DNA of 64,000 nt, from the NCBI GenBank assembly GCA_030390025.1, contig CM059431.1:141796001-141860000 (forward strand), given 5' to 3'. The position numbers and the translations under genes are program-made. Positions 1 through 12,443 of this stretch are shown here, one piece after another; position 1 is the stretch's first letter, and each line of letters begins with the position of its first letter. The notes below the pieces were generated by a model, which worked only from the letters and a program-made list of their open reading frames with translations, did no database searches and had not been told where the DNA came from. This DNA is from Squalus acanthias (taxonomy: Eukaryota).

Positions 1-3000
1 GGGTCACCATCAGTAATGCTAGACTCGGTTCACCAGGTTCACCAACAGTAATGTTAGAGTAGTTTCAACACCAGTAACGACAGAGTAGGGCTACCACCAG
101 TTATGTTAGAGCATAGTAAACACCAGTAATGTTAGAGTAGAGTCACCACCAATAATTTTCGAATGGTGTCACCATCAGTTATGATAAAATAGTGTCACCA
201 CCAATACTGTTTGAGTGGAGACACAACCAGTAATTTTAGAGTAGGTTCACCACCAATAAAGTTAGCGTAGAGTCACCAGCAGTAATGTAATCATCGTGTC
301 ACAATCAGTAATGTTAGAGTAGCGTCACCACCAGTAATGTTACAGTAGGATCACCATCATTACTGTTAAAGTAGAGTCACCACCAGTAATGTTACAGTAG
401 AATCACCATCAGTAATGCTAGACTAGGTTTACCACCACTAATGTTTGACCAGGGTCACCAACAGTAATGTTAGAATAGTTTCAACAGTAGTAACGATAGA
501 ATAGGGTCATCACCCGTTATGTTAGTGCCGGGTAAACACCAAAAATGTTAGAGTAGGTCCACCACCCGTAATATTCGACCAGGGTCACCAACAGTAACGT
601 TAGAGTAGGGTCACCACCAGTAATGTTAGAGTAGGGTCACCACCAGTAATGTTAGAGTTGAGACACCAACAGTAATGTTAGAGTAGGGTCACCACCAGTA
701 ATGTTAGAGTAGGGTCATCACCAGTAATGTTAGAGTTGAGACACCACCAGTAATGTTAGAGTGCAGTCAGCACCAGTAATGTTAGTGTGGGGTCACCACC
801 ATTAATGTTGGAGTAGATTCAGCACCAATAATGTTAGAGTAGGGTCACCAACAGCAATTATACAGAAGGGTTACAATCAATTATGTCAGAGTGGGGTAAC
901 CAAAGGTACTGTTAAATCACGGTCACCACCAGTAATGTAGGAGAATGGTCACCATCAGTAGTGTTAAATTAGTTTCACGAGGAGAAACTTTAGAGTAAGG
1001 TCACCAACCGTAACGTAAAAGTAGGATCAACACCAGTAAGGTTAGATTTGGGATATAACGATTAATTTTAGAGTAGGTTCACCACTTGTAATGTAGGAGT
1101 AGGATCACTACTGGCAATGATAGACTAGTGTCATGACATTTACACTGAGAGTACGATCAACTTCATTAATGTTAGAGTAGGATCACCACCTGTAATGTTA
1201 GATTAGGGTCACCACCAGTAATGTAAGAATGGTGTCATCACAAGTAATGTTAGAGTAGGGTCATCATCAGTAATGTTACAGTCGAGACAGCACCAGTTAT
1301 GTTAGAGTAGTGTCACCAGCAGTAATGTAATCACCGTGTCAAAGTCAGTATTGTTAGAGTAGAGTCACCACCAGTAATGTTACAGTAGGATCATCATCAG
1401 TAATGCTAGACTAGGTTCACCATTAGTAATGTCCGACCAGGGTCACCAACAGTAATGTTAGAAAAGTTTCAACAGCAGTATCGCTAGAGTAGGGTCACCA
1501 CCAGTTATGTTAGAGCAGGGTAAACACCAATAATGTTACAGTAGGTTCACCACCAGTAATGTTCGACCAGGGACACCAACAGTAATGTTAAAGTAGTTTC
1601 ACCACCAGTAATGTTAGAGTAGGGTCTCCACCAGTAATGTTAGAGTAGAGTCACCAACAGTAATGTTAGAGCAGGGTCACCACCAGTAATGTTGGAGTAG
1701 GGCCACCACCAGTAACGTTGGAGTGGGATCACCATCAGTAATGTTAGAGTAGAGACACGACAACATTTATGTTAGGGTATGGTCAATACCATTAATGTTA
1801 GCGTGGATTCACCATCAGTAATGTTAGTATAGGGTCAGCACCAGTAATGTTAGTGTAGTTTCACCAACAGTAATGCTAGAGTAAGTCACCATCAGTAATG
1901 TTAGTTTAAGTTCCCCACCATTGATTTTAGAGTGGGGTCACAATCAGCTATGTTAGAGCAGTGTCACCATCAGTTGTGTTAGTGTAGTTTCACCACCTGT
2001 AACGTTAGAATAGTGTTACCACCAGCAATGTTAGAGTACAGTCACCATAAATAATGTTAGAATTTGGTCACAACCATTAACGTTAGAGTAGAGGCACACC
2101 AGTAATTTAAGTGTTGGTTCACCGCCAGTAATGTTAGAGTAAGGTCAACACCAGTAATGTTTGAGTATGGCCACCAATAATGTTAGAGTAGGGAAACCAC
2201 AAATTTAATGTTAGAGTAGGTCAGCTAACCTAATGTTAGAGTGATTCACCACCAGTAAGGTTAGAGTAGGGTCTCCACCAGTAATGATAGAGCAGTGCCA
2301 ATACAGTAATGTTAGAGTAGAGTCTCCACCAGTAATGTTAGAGTAGCGTCACCACAAATGATGTTAGTGTAGGATTGCCATCATTAATTATAAAAGTGAG
2401 AAGTCGCACAACACCAGGTTAGAGTCCAACAGGTTTATTTGAAACCTGACGAAGGAGCAGCCGCTCCGAAAGCTTGTGATTTCAAATAAACCTGTTGGAC
2501 TATAACCTGGTGTTGTGCGACTTCTCACTTTTGTCCACCCCAGTCCAACACCGGCATCGCCGCATCATGATCATTAATGATAGACTAGAGATACCACCAG
2601 TAATGTTAGAGTGAAAAAGCACCAGTAATGTTAGCGTAGGAACAACACCATTAATTTTAGAGTAGAATCGCCACCATTAATTTCAGAGTAGGCACGCCTC
2701 CAGTAATGTTATTGTAGGGTCAACAGCAGTATTGTTAGAGAAGAGTCAGGACCAATAATGTTAGAGTAGGGTCACCACCAGTAATGTTAGAGTAGGGTCA
2801 CCACCAGTAATGTTAGAGTAGGGTCACCACCCGTAATGTTAGAGTAGGGTCACCACCAGTAATGTTAGAGTAGGGTCACCACCAGTACTGTTAGAGCAGG
2901 TTCACCACCAGTAATGTTAGAGCAGGTTCACCTCCAGTACTGTTAGAGCAGGTTCACCACCAGTAATGTTACAGTAGGATCACCACTAATAATGAAGCAG

Positions 3001-4060
3001 TAGGATCACTACCAGCAATGGTAGTGGAGATTCATGGCATGTACTGTGAGTGTAGGATCAACTTCAGTAGTGTTAGCGTAGGGTCAACACCGTTAATGTG
3101 AGAGTAGGGTCACCACCAGTACTGTTAGAGCAGGTTCACCACCAGTAATGTTAGAGTAGGGTCACGACCAGTAATGTTAGAGTAAGGTCACCATCAGTAA
3201 TGTTAGAGTAGGATCACCACCAGCAATGTTAGAGTAGGGCCACCACCAGTAATGTTAGAGTAGGGTCATCACCAGTAATGTTAGAGTAAGGTCACCACCG
3301 GTAATATTAGAGTAGGGTCACCTGCAGTAATGTTAGAGTAGGATCACCACCAGCAATGTTAGAGTAGGGTCACCAGCAGTAATGTTAGAGTAGGGTCACC
3401 ACCAGTAATGTTAGAGTAGGTTCACCACCAGTATTGTTAGAGTAGGGTCACCACCAGTAATGCTAGAGTAGGGTCACCACCAGTAATGATAGAGCAGGTT
3501 CACCACCAGTATTGTTATAGTAGGGTCACCACCAGTAATGTTAGAGTAGGGCCACCAGCATTATGTTAGAGTAGGGTCACCACCAGTATTGTTAGAGTAG
3601 AGTCACCACCAGTAATGTTAGAGTAGGGCCACCAGCATTAATGTTAGAGTAGGGCCACCAGCAGTAATGTTAGAGCAGGGTCACCACCAGTAATGTTAGA
3701 GTAGGGCCAGCAGCATTAATGTTAGAGCAGGGTCACCACCAGTAATGTTAGAGTAGGGCCAGCAGCATTAATGTTAGAGCAGGGTCACCACCAGTAATGT
3801 TAATGTCGGGTCACCACCAGTAATTTTAGAGCAGTTTCACCACCATTAATGTTAGAGTAGGATCACCACCAGTAAAGTTTGATTATTGTCACCACCAGTA
3901 ATGTTAGAGTAGGGTCACCACCAGTAATGTTAGAGTAGGGTCGCTACCAGTAATGTTAGAGTAGGGTCAACAGCAGTAATGTTTGAGTAGGGTCACCAGC
4001 AGTAAAGTAAGATTAGAATCATCGTCAGTCATGTTAGAGCCGATTCATCATCATTCATCA
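1..4060 (+). repeat. 26-bp tandem satellite, consensus GTAGGGTCACCACCAGTAATGTTAGA
   Basis: Head-to-tail copies with no spacers; near-perfect runs at ~600-720 and ~2760-3960, degenerate elsewhere. Confidence 0.97.
2393..2569 (+). mobile_element. Short palindromic Penelope-derived insertion with hammerhead core
   Basis: ~52-bp inverted arms (2393-2444 / 2480-2531) around CTGACGA-A-GGAGC-AGCC-GCTCC-GAA-AGCT; flanked by ATCATTAAT(T/G)ATA duplication (2380-2392, 2570-2582); same family at 15403 and 47289. Confidence 0.8.
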
Positions 4061-4378
4061 TCACAGTACAAAACAAATCTTTATACAATGGATGAGTGAC
4101 GATTTCACCAAATTAACATGTGACTTCAAGAACCTAATGCAGAGTCCGGGAGGGATGTTGCCTTCAGTTTTCACCAGAGATTCGCAGAGCACATTCCCTC
4201 TGGGATTACTTTCCGTTCATTGATTTTAATGGACGGAGTTTCATGGACTAACTTGTACAATTTCCCCAGTGGCGGCCGGGGCGCACTGAAGGGGAAAATC
4301 GCCCCTTGTTTGTTAAGTGACTGTAACTAACGCCAATTATTGTGTAACATGATTTTCTCACAGGGGCAGCGGCGGTCC

Positions 4379-4385
4379 TATAAAG
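4379..4385 (+). promoter_or_regulatory. TATA box of left GPCR gene
   Basis: TATAAAG 85 nt upstream of ATG 4464, CCAAT at ~4333; TATA kept at the same position in the paralog (60111-60117). Confidence 0.6.
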
Positions 4386-4463
4386 GGGGAGCATTTACGG
4401 ATCTCCGATTGAATCTAGTCGGAAACGTAAAGCCGCTCAATCTTCACAAAAATCTGCAAAACA

Positions 4464-4533
4464 ATGGCACGGCCAGCAATTCTACAGATAAGGGACATTT
4501 ACTATCATTTTCTCGCAGCCTTTGGCGTTCCCG
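4464..4533 (+). CDS. GPR139/GPR142-like GPCR, coding exon 1 (MARPAILQIRDIYYHFLAAFGVP)
   Basis: ATG 4464, 70 nt, donor G|GTAAGT; phase 1 matches the acceptor at 5283 (G+CG=Ala); paralog has an exon of the same length. Confidence 0.88.
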
Positions 4534-5283
4534 GTAAGTCAATGTATCCCTGTTGCCTTATAGCTGTTGACTATCTCAGTGTTAATGCAACATATTCCGA
4601 GAATGTCCTCATTGCAGTTTCATTCATCCACCGGGATCAGTCGCTGAATATCAGCGGGAATCCTACCAGACCGCGCGGCCGCTGTTCTGATGGGCAGATC
4701 CTTTGTACCGGGCGCTCAGCCTTCCTCCCTATACTGAGGGAGGGCGAGGCTAATTCCCCGGGCTCTCCAACCGTGCATAGATCACTAAAGAACGTGTTGC
4801 TCAGTGTCTATAATTTTCACCTCATTTGTGCCGTTGTTCCTTGTCTATATTAACGTGATAATTCCTCGGACTGCAGCCACCTCCACCCAACAGGGGCTTT
4901 GAAAGATATTTTGAGAAATAATTTCCACTCAAGAAGATGCTCCACTCCCCTCGGCGGAATTTGGACATAAATTGAACGTTTTTGTCTCAGCTGAATGTTT
5001 AATTTGAATTATATCGTTCCATTAATTGCCGTGAAATAATATTTAATATTTGACAAAGACTGAGTGAAGTATGCTGGAAGGATGATGGATTTTCAGTCCC
5101 TCTATATTGAATGTCCAATGAATAATTTATGTTAAACAAAATTCATTAACCCTCGCCTATATTCATGATAAAAATCCGTGTGCATAACCCTAAGTAGGGA
5201 CACATCTGAACATTTCCCCACAATATGCTGTGAGATTTAACCGAGTGACCCTGTTACTGACCTCTTGTCCCTCTTTCTCACAG

Positions 5284-6188
5284 CGAACCTACTGACAATC
5301 GTGATTCTCTGCAGAGGAAACTGCGGCCTTTCCAAATGTATCTCAGTCTACATGGTGGCCATGGCAACAGCAGATCTACTGGTCATGATCATGAATATAT
5401 TAGTGAATCGCATTTTACGTTATCACTTTCCACATTCCTTCCTGACCTACACTGTCGTTTGTAAGATAATTTTATACCTGCAATGTGTCGCCCTGTATTT
5501 GTCGGTGTGGTTTACAGTCTCGTTCACCTTTGACCGATTTGTAGCTATATGTTGTGAGAGGTTTAAAACCAAGTATTGCACAGTGAGAACTGCGGCCGCG
5601 GTTATAACAACGGTCTCTGTCCTGATCTGTTTACAGAGCCTCGTGTTTTGGTTTGCATTTGAACCTGAGCGAACCATTAACAATGTTCACTGGGGTTGCC
5701 GACCCAGAGCGGAGTTTTCTTCATCGCCTGTAGGAGTGGCGTTTTCCTGGTTACGTCGCATTTGTTTTTCTTGGCTTAGTTTTGCTTTGATATTACTGTT
5801 TAATTGTTTGACAGCCAGACGTATTTTAGTGGCCAGTAGAGCCCGCAGGGGACTCCGGGGTCACAGCAGTGAGAATCAGAGCGATCCAGAGATGGAGAAC
5901 CGAAGGAAATCCATCATTTTACTGTTCAGTGTATCAGGCAGTTTTATACTGCTGTGGCTGACAACTATCGTTAGTAATTTAACTACCAGACTGACAAGCA
6001 CCGTGCATTACGAAGGCGATTATGCCGCCCCTGCCTATATTGCCACAGAAACCGGATATATGCTCATGTATTTGAGTTCCTGTACAAACACATGTATTTA
6101 TGCAGCTACTCAAACTAAATTCAGGGAAGAGCTGAAGCAGGTGGTGAAATCTCCTTGCACATTTATTGGCAAAAAATCGAAAAATTAA
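5284..6188 (+). CDS. GPR139/GPR142-like class A GPCR, coding exon 2 (spliced product ~324 aa)
   Basis: Pyrimidine tract + CAG acceptor; hydrophobic 7TM pattern with MATADLLV (TM2), C3.25, DRF, WGC (ECL2), SFILLW (TM6), NTCIY (NPxxY variant). Family assignment from recalled motifs. Confidence 0.92.
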
Positions 6189-6559
6189 AACAAATATCCC
6201 GGTCCAATCTAGAGATAAATCAAAGCCCGTGTTCCATTTTGGAATAGCCAGATTTCTGTTTGGACAGAAAGCGGTTTGTTATTGTGAAAATGAACAGGAA
6301 TCAGAAAACATTTCTCCCAGTTTGTGCTGGGTGTTTGATGTCTGCTGCTTTCCCCGAGTGATCATAATCGATTCCCGTAAAACAGCGCACTTCCCGCTCA
6401 AGATTCAAAGAGAACAGTCATGACTGAGCTTCAGCAGTGGAGTAGAACATGTGGGCGTCAGCGTTAACTGCCTCACACCGCAGGTACTGGAATGAGACAA
6501 CAACAGAAAACGCTGGAAAAACTCAGCAGGCCAGGCAGCATCCGTGGAGAGAGAAAGAG

Positions 6560-6596
6560 AGTTAACGTTTCAGGTCGATGACCTTTCGTCAGAACT
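6560..6596 (-). ncRNA. Minimal type I hammerhead ribozyme motif (inverted copy)
   Basis: Exact reverse complement of 7242-7278. Confidence 0.75.
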
Positions 6597-7241
6597 GTGA
6601 AGAACCGGAAATCAAATAGATTTAAGGCCAGAGTAAAGCTGGGAAAAGGGGGAGGGGATAAAAGAACAAAGGGGGAGATGAAGAGACATTAAGTATACTG
6701 CAATTTAGTATACTGTATTCGCTGCTCACGATGTGGTCTCCTCTACATTGGGGAGACCAAACGCAGATTGGGTGACCGCTTTGCGGAACACCTCCGTTCA
6801 GTCCGGAATTCACCGCTTCACTCCCACTCTGACCTCACCGTCCTCGGCCTATTACACTGTTCCACGGAAGCGCAGCGTAAGCTCGAGGAACAGCACCTCA
6901 TCTTTCGTTTAGGCACGCTACAGCCCTCTGGACTCAATATCGAGTTCAACAATTTTAGATCATAACCTCAGCTCCAATCACATTTATATTTTATTTTTTC
7001 CATCCTTTTATTTGCCCCCCCCACCTTTTTTTTCCTCCTAGAAGCTGGCAGCTGTCCTTCATTCTGCCAGTGGATTTCACACTTCTTTCAGCCTTAATCT
7101 GTCGCATTAACACCACCTCTAGCCTTGCATATCTCTTAATGTCTCTTAATGTCTCTTCATCTCCCCCTTTGTTCTTTTATCCCCTCCCCCTTTTCCCAGC
7201 TTTACTCTGGCCTTAAACCTATTTGATTTCCGGTTCTTCAC

Positions 7242-7278
7242 AGTTCTGACGAAAGGTCATCGACCTGAAACGTTAACT
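7242..7278 (+). ncRNA. Minimal type I hammerhead ribozyme motif
   Basis: AGTT-CTGACGA-A-AGGTC-ATC-GACCT-GAA-ACGT-T-AACT: stem I AGTT/AACT, 5-bp stem II, palindromic ACGU stem III. Confidence 0.8.
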
Positions 7279-9049
7279 CTCTTTCTCTCTCCACGGATGC
7301 TGCCTGGCCTGCTGAGTTTTTCCAGCGTTTTCTGTTGTTATTTCAGATTTCCAGCATCCGCAGTATTTTGCTATCGTACTGGAATGAGACGCTCAGTTTA
7401 ATTAACAGATACATTTTCTTTAGTGTAGAAACAATGTGTTACAATGGCGGTTATCTGTAATTCTGTAATCTCGGTGTGAATGTTGCAGGCGCTGGTCTCC
7501 CCATCAGACTCCGCCCCCCATTGTCTCCTGGACCAATAGAACGGGGCCCTGTCTCCTGATCAGTGTCCAATGATGGAGACAGCAGGAACTTGACTCGTCA
7601 ATGAGACATTAGACATCTTTGTTCACAGATATTTACTGAAAATCTCAACTGGTCATCACAATGTTGGAATGTTATAACAGGGGACAGTCCATTCTACCCA
7701 ATCAGTTCTTGTCGACTTTTACCCTCCACCCGCGGCAATTGTTCCATACACTTCACCCAGCCGGTCTCAACATCACTTCAACCTATTTTTATTTAGCCGT
7801 CTATACAGTTTAATCTTCAATATTGAAATTATTTCTGCCTCCGTTATTTCCATCGTCTCACAACTCTCCATGTAAAGGGGTTTTCATACCTTTAGTGCTA
7901 AATCTCTTACATGTATCATTGTATCTCTGGCCGTTAGTTCCTGATCCTTCAACTAACGGAAGGTTCTGCTTCTATCTATCCTGTGCCATCCTTTCTTAAA
8001 GTAAACCACCTGGGTACGACTCGCCTAAAGATATGAGTCTGGTATCAAAGCACAGTCTAGTGAAAGTCTGGAAAGTGTACCTAAGATGGTTAATTGCAAG
8101 CTTTCTCTTGGTGATATCTGAATCCTTGATTTGGCTAAAGAAATAAAATAATATATTTGATAGCCTGGCAAATGCGCGAAACCTCCTGACGCTTTGTACA
8201 TGAGAAACCAGCATGCTCTATGCGTGATGAAGGTATTCTGAGGAACGGATCCAAAAACATGGTCAGTCACGCAGACAACACCATTACATGAAATGGTTAT
8301 TGTGGTTCTGGATAGTGAGAACTTATGTAAAAACAATGGACGGAGATCTGCGCAATAGAATTATGATGCTGAGGAGATATTGTCCCGTGTTCACCTTAAA
8401 TACTCTAACGCCAACGAAGGGGGCGCTGTAAGGAAAGGATTAATCAGGCTATCCGAACGAATGTTAATGTTATAGAGTATTGTTTTCTCTTTATAACGTA
8501 GGAATGTTAACCTTTAGTCTTGTCCTGTGAGGCAGGGAATTACAAGTCTGTTTAAAGTACCACTGGGCTGTTGGGCCAGGGCTGACTCTGCAACAATGGT
8601 CAGTTTCAGGATGAAGTAATCAGCGATTTAATTAAACACATGTCATTGCAAGAAGATTCGTCAATTTCAGTGAACTTTCATCATTTGGTAACAGTTTGGG
8701 AAGACATGCAGTTTTGCAAAGGAAAACATCTGGACATCCATCATCATTTTCAATTAGTACAATAGATACAGAAACAGACAGAATTACTGTTAAACGTTTC
8801 ACTTGGTACAATTGCAATTATTTGGTCAAGAGTGAAACTATCGATAAGATAAGTCAATTAAATTATCTTTATGAGGAGATTAATTTTAACGTTCAAATTA
8901 TTATGCAGTGCAGAATTGTGTGGATTGTCAAGTGCAGCGAGTGAGACAATGTATTATTCGGTTTGGTACAGCATAAAATAGGAGTTCAGGACTGTGACAT
9001 GTTTGGGTCTCCATCCAACCATCATCAGGTGTGATTCTAATTTCTACCT

Positions 9050-10288
9050 ATCTAACAGAAAGCAAAGAGTTGGGATAAATGGTTCATTCTCAGACTGGCA
9101 ATCAGTAACTAGTGGTGTTCCACAGGGGTCAGTGCTGGGTCCCCAACTCTTTACAATCTATATTAACGATTTGGAGGAAGGGACCAAGTGTAACATATCA
9201 AAATTTGCAGATGATACAAAGATGGGAGGGAAAGTAGTGAGTGAGGAGGACATAAAAAACCTGCAAGGGGACATAGACAGGCTAAGTAAGTGGGCAGAGA
9301 TTTGGCAGATGGAATACAACACTGGAAAGTGTGAGGTGATGCACTTTGGCAGGAAAAATCCTAGAGCAATTTATTATCTTCATGGCAAGAAACTGGAGAG
9401 TACTGAAGTGCAAAGGGATCTGGGGGTCCTGGTGCACGAAACTCAAAAGGTTAGTATGCAGGTGCAGCAAGTGATTAAGAAGGCAAATGGAATGTTGGCT
9501 TTCATTGCTAGGGGGATAGAATATAAAAATAGGGAGGTATTGCTTCAGTTGTACAAGGTATTGGTGAGACCGCACCTGGAATACTGCATACAGTTTTGGT
9601 GTCCTTACTTAAGGAAAGACATCCTTGCTCTCGAGGCAGTGCAAAAAAGGTTCACTCGGTTAATCCCGGGGATGAGGGGGTGGTCATATGAGGAGAGGTT
9701 GGGTAGATTGGGACTCTACTCATTGGAGTTCAGAAGAATGAGAGGCGATCTTATTGAAACATATAAGATTGTGAAGGGGTTGGATCGGGTGGATGCGGGG
9801 AGGATGTTCCCGATGACGGGTGAGACTAGAACTAGGGGACATAGTCTTAGAATAAGGGGCTGCTCTTTCAAAACTGAGATGAGGAGGAACTACTTCACTC
9901 AGAGGGTGGTAGGTCCATGGAATATGCTGCCACAAAAAGCTGTAGAAGCTACATCATTAAATAAATTTAAAACAGAAATAGACAGTTTCCTAGAAGTAAA
10001 GGGCATTAAGGGTTACGGGGAGCGGGCAGGAATTTGGACATGAGTCTAGGTTCGGATCGGTCATGGCCCTGTGGGTAGTGGAGCGGGCCCAGGGACCGTG
10101 TAGCCTGATTCTGCTCCTATTTCGTGTGTGCAATTCTGTTAGATGCAGGAGATGGTGCTGTGATAGATAGTAGATTGGCGGTTAGGATCAGATCAGCCAT
10201 GATCTTATTGAATGGCGGAGCAGGTTCGAGGGGCCGATTGGCCTACTCCTGCTCCTATTTCTTATGTTCTTATGTTCTTATGTTCTTA
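9050..10288 (+). mobile_element. 5'-truncated CR1 LINE (C-terminal part of RT, open frame)
   Basis: ORF 8994-10043 with [18 protein letters not shown]; (TTCTTATG)n tail; TACCT duplication (9045-9049, 10287-10291); absent from the mirror arm (~55480). Confidence 0.95.
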
Positions 10289-10844
10289 CCTTTTAAGTGT
10301 GTGTATAAGTACTATTGCATGCATTATGTGCTTAATAAACCTATGGCACCTCACGTCAATGTTCAAGAACATTATTGAAAATCTTATGCTAACAATAGCC
10401 TCTGTAATTTAATTGTGAATAGACTTCATTCATTTTCTGTGATTAAGTGCCCCCTTTGCCCATCACTTTTTAACATTCCACTTGACCCAGACGTTCTCCA
10501 AAACCAAAATCCTCTTGGTTGCAGGGCCCCGTGGTGCCCGGGCTCTGCCAATCCGGCTGGGATCCAGCTTCTGGAGGAAGTGGTGATTAGTTGCGGGCGG
10601 TTTTGTGTAAGAGCCACATTCTCATTGACCTGGATGCGGACAACCAGTCGTATTTAAGGCCAGAGTCAGGCAGCCGGCAGAGGTTTTAGTTCCATCAGTC
10701 AGTGATGTTCTGGACCCAGCTACAATCCTGAAAAGGCGACCTGCAGTCAACCACATCATCCAAACTCCTTAGTAAAATAGAAAGGAAAGGCATGAATAAT
10801 TAACCATTACATTACCGGGTCAAATTCAGTCTAATTTGGTTCTG

Positions 10845-11395
10845 ATTCCCCGTCCCCTGTTTCTAATTAACCAGTTGTTGTATTCCCTTGTGTTTCTCTA
10901 TTTCTTATTAAACAGTTACTGTGTTTCCCTGAAATTCCCGTCACCTCTAATTCTAAATAAACAGTTACTGTCTCCCCAGTCCCCTACTTTTAAATAAACA
11001 GTTACCGTGTTACACCTATGAACCCTTTTATTCCACTTCTATTCAGAAAGTTGATTTATTCCCCTGAATTCCCTTATGCTCTATATATAATTGAACAGTT
11101 GATGTCTTCCCCTGTCCCCTACATCTAAATGAAGGATTATTGTGTTACGCTGGGCCCTATTTCTGATACCAGTTGCCATATTCCCCATTTCTCTATTTCT
11201 AATTAAGCCATTACTGTGTTCGCCTATATTCCCTTTATTCTATTTCTAATTAACAGTTATTTTGTTCCACTTAATTTTCCTGTTCTCCGTTTCTAATTAA
11301 ACATTTACAGTGTTCCCCTAAATTCCCCTTTGTCTATTTCTAATTCTGCTGCCCGTGTTCCCCTGAACTCCCCTGTCCTCTAGTTTGAGTTATAA
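10845..11395 (+). repeat. Variable ~38-49-bp minisatellite (TTCTAATTAAACAGTTACTGTGTTCCCC...)
   Basis: Recurring TTCTAATTAAACAGTTAC core; reverse-complement copy at 54478-54925. Confidence 0.85.
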
Positions 11396-12133
11396 AGATT
11401 AGGAAGGAATCCTGTTCCACAGATAGACATTCGCTCACTGAAATAATGTTTTCAGAGATTAGATTTGAATTTACCCCCTTCAATCTCAGGCCGTGTCCTC
11501 TGGTGCACCTGTTGTGGACAAGATGAAACAGCTCATCATGGTTCACCTTATCGAGTGGATTCAGAGCAGTGTCTCGCACACATTCAGGTCCCGGATATTC
11601 CTGTGATTTTTTGTGTACTGTTCATAGGATTGTTAATATGAAAAGGTTAATTAATCTTCTGGTGCTGAGGTCATTAGTTTAATGGTTTACAAATTTCAAT
11701 TCAGAATCGAACAGTCTCTATCTTAGGCCTGCATATAATACAAAGCAGACTTGCACTGATACTAAAATTTCAGTCCGGAAATCGCACTTACTAACAAACT
11801 CTACATCACTACAAAAACGCCAAAAATAAATCTTGTGAGTGTCCCGCAGGATCCCAATCGATTCAATGTTTGTTCAGTAAGTTGCTCGCGGCCCAGTCAA
11901 AAAGGCTGAAGGAATGTTGGTTTTTATCTCAAGGGGGATGAAATAGAAAGTGGAGCAAGTTATGTTTCAGTTGTAACGAGGCTTGGTTAGACCCTATCTG
12001 GAGTGCTTCATTCGATTTATGTCACTGCACCTCAGGAAGGACATATTGGCGTTGAAGTTGGTGCAGCTTAAACATCGCCTTAAATATTCAAATATGTAAA
12101 CCACTGAAACTGTTAAATATTCAAAACTAGCAG

Positions 12134-12205
12134 AGGCAGGGACGGGGAATGAACCCGCGCTTTGCGGTTTATAAGACCAACTGCTTACCGCTTCATCACC
12201 GCGAC
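12134..12205 (-). pseudogene. tRNA-Thr(CGT-type) pseudogene
   Basis: Minus strand ...GCGGTGATGAAGCGGTAAGCAGTTGGTCTTATAAACCGCAAAGCGCGGGTTCATTCCCCGTCCCTGCCT resembles vertebrate Thr-CGT; anticodon and boxes mutated. Confidence 0.7.
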
Positions 12206-12443
12206 GCCTCCACACATATCATCCGTGACTCTGGACATAACATTCCAGATGTCACACTCCAGTTGTCACACTCCAGATGCCACACCCCAGATGTCACACC
12301 CCAGATGTCAATCCTGTTTCAATGCTTATATCTGAATTAACCATCCCCCACACGGAGCTGGGGTTCCGACTGATAGTCGGTACTTTTTCTAGTTTCCCTT
12401 AAAATGCGTCAATGCTAGTCACCTCAACGTTGTCCATGTGGTA

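Larger units (their letters stand above)
6499..7375 (+). mobile_element. 5'-truncated Penelope-like element with inverted terminal segment
   Basis: 15-bp TSD GTACTGGAATGAGAC (6484-6498, 7376-7390); GIY-YIG fragment CNLVYCIRCSRCGLLYIGETKRRLGDRFAEHL from 6699; ~195-bp inverted repeat (6499-6693 / ~7146-7339); empty site in the mirror arm at ~57305-57325. Confidence 0.93.
1..12443 (+). repeat. Left arm of large inverted segmental duplication (mirror ~53460-63815)
   Basis: Colinear reverse-complement similarity across satellite, promoter, GPCR exons, 3' flank, minisatellite and tRNA-Thr pseudogene; last shared block ...CATGTGGTAG (12443) vs CTACCACATG (53460). Confidence 0.93.

Noticed and set aside
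2393..2569. DNA-transposon MITE interpretation of the palindromic insertions
   Set aside because: Asymmetric extra tail, variable-length TSDs, differing internal breakpoints and a hammerhead core fit Penelope-type retroposition better.
1..4060. CRISPR array or repeat-encoded protein
   Set aside because: No unique spacers, eukaryotic context, unit length not a multiple of 3 and no long ORF.
4464..4853. 129-aa ORF as a standalone protein
   Set aside because: Read-through of GPCR exon 1 past the GTAAGT donor into the intron.
5265..5283. TTG start MSLFLTA (and MSLYLTA at 58537) as the GPCR N-terminus
   Set aside because: These bases are the intron polypyrimidine tract and acceptor.
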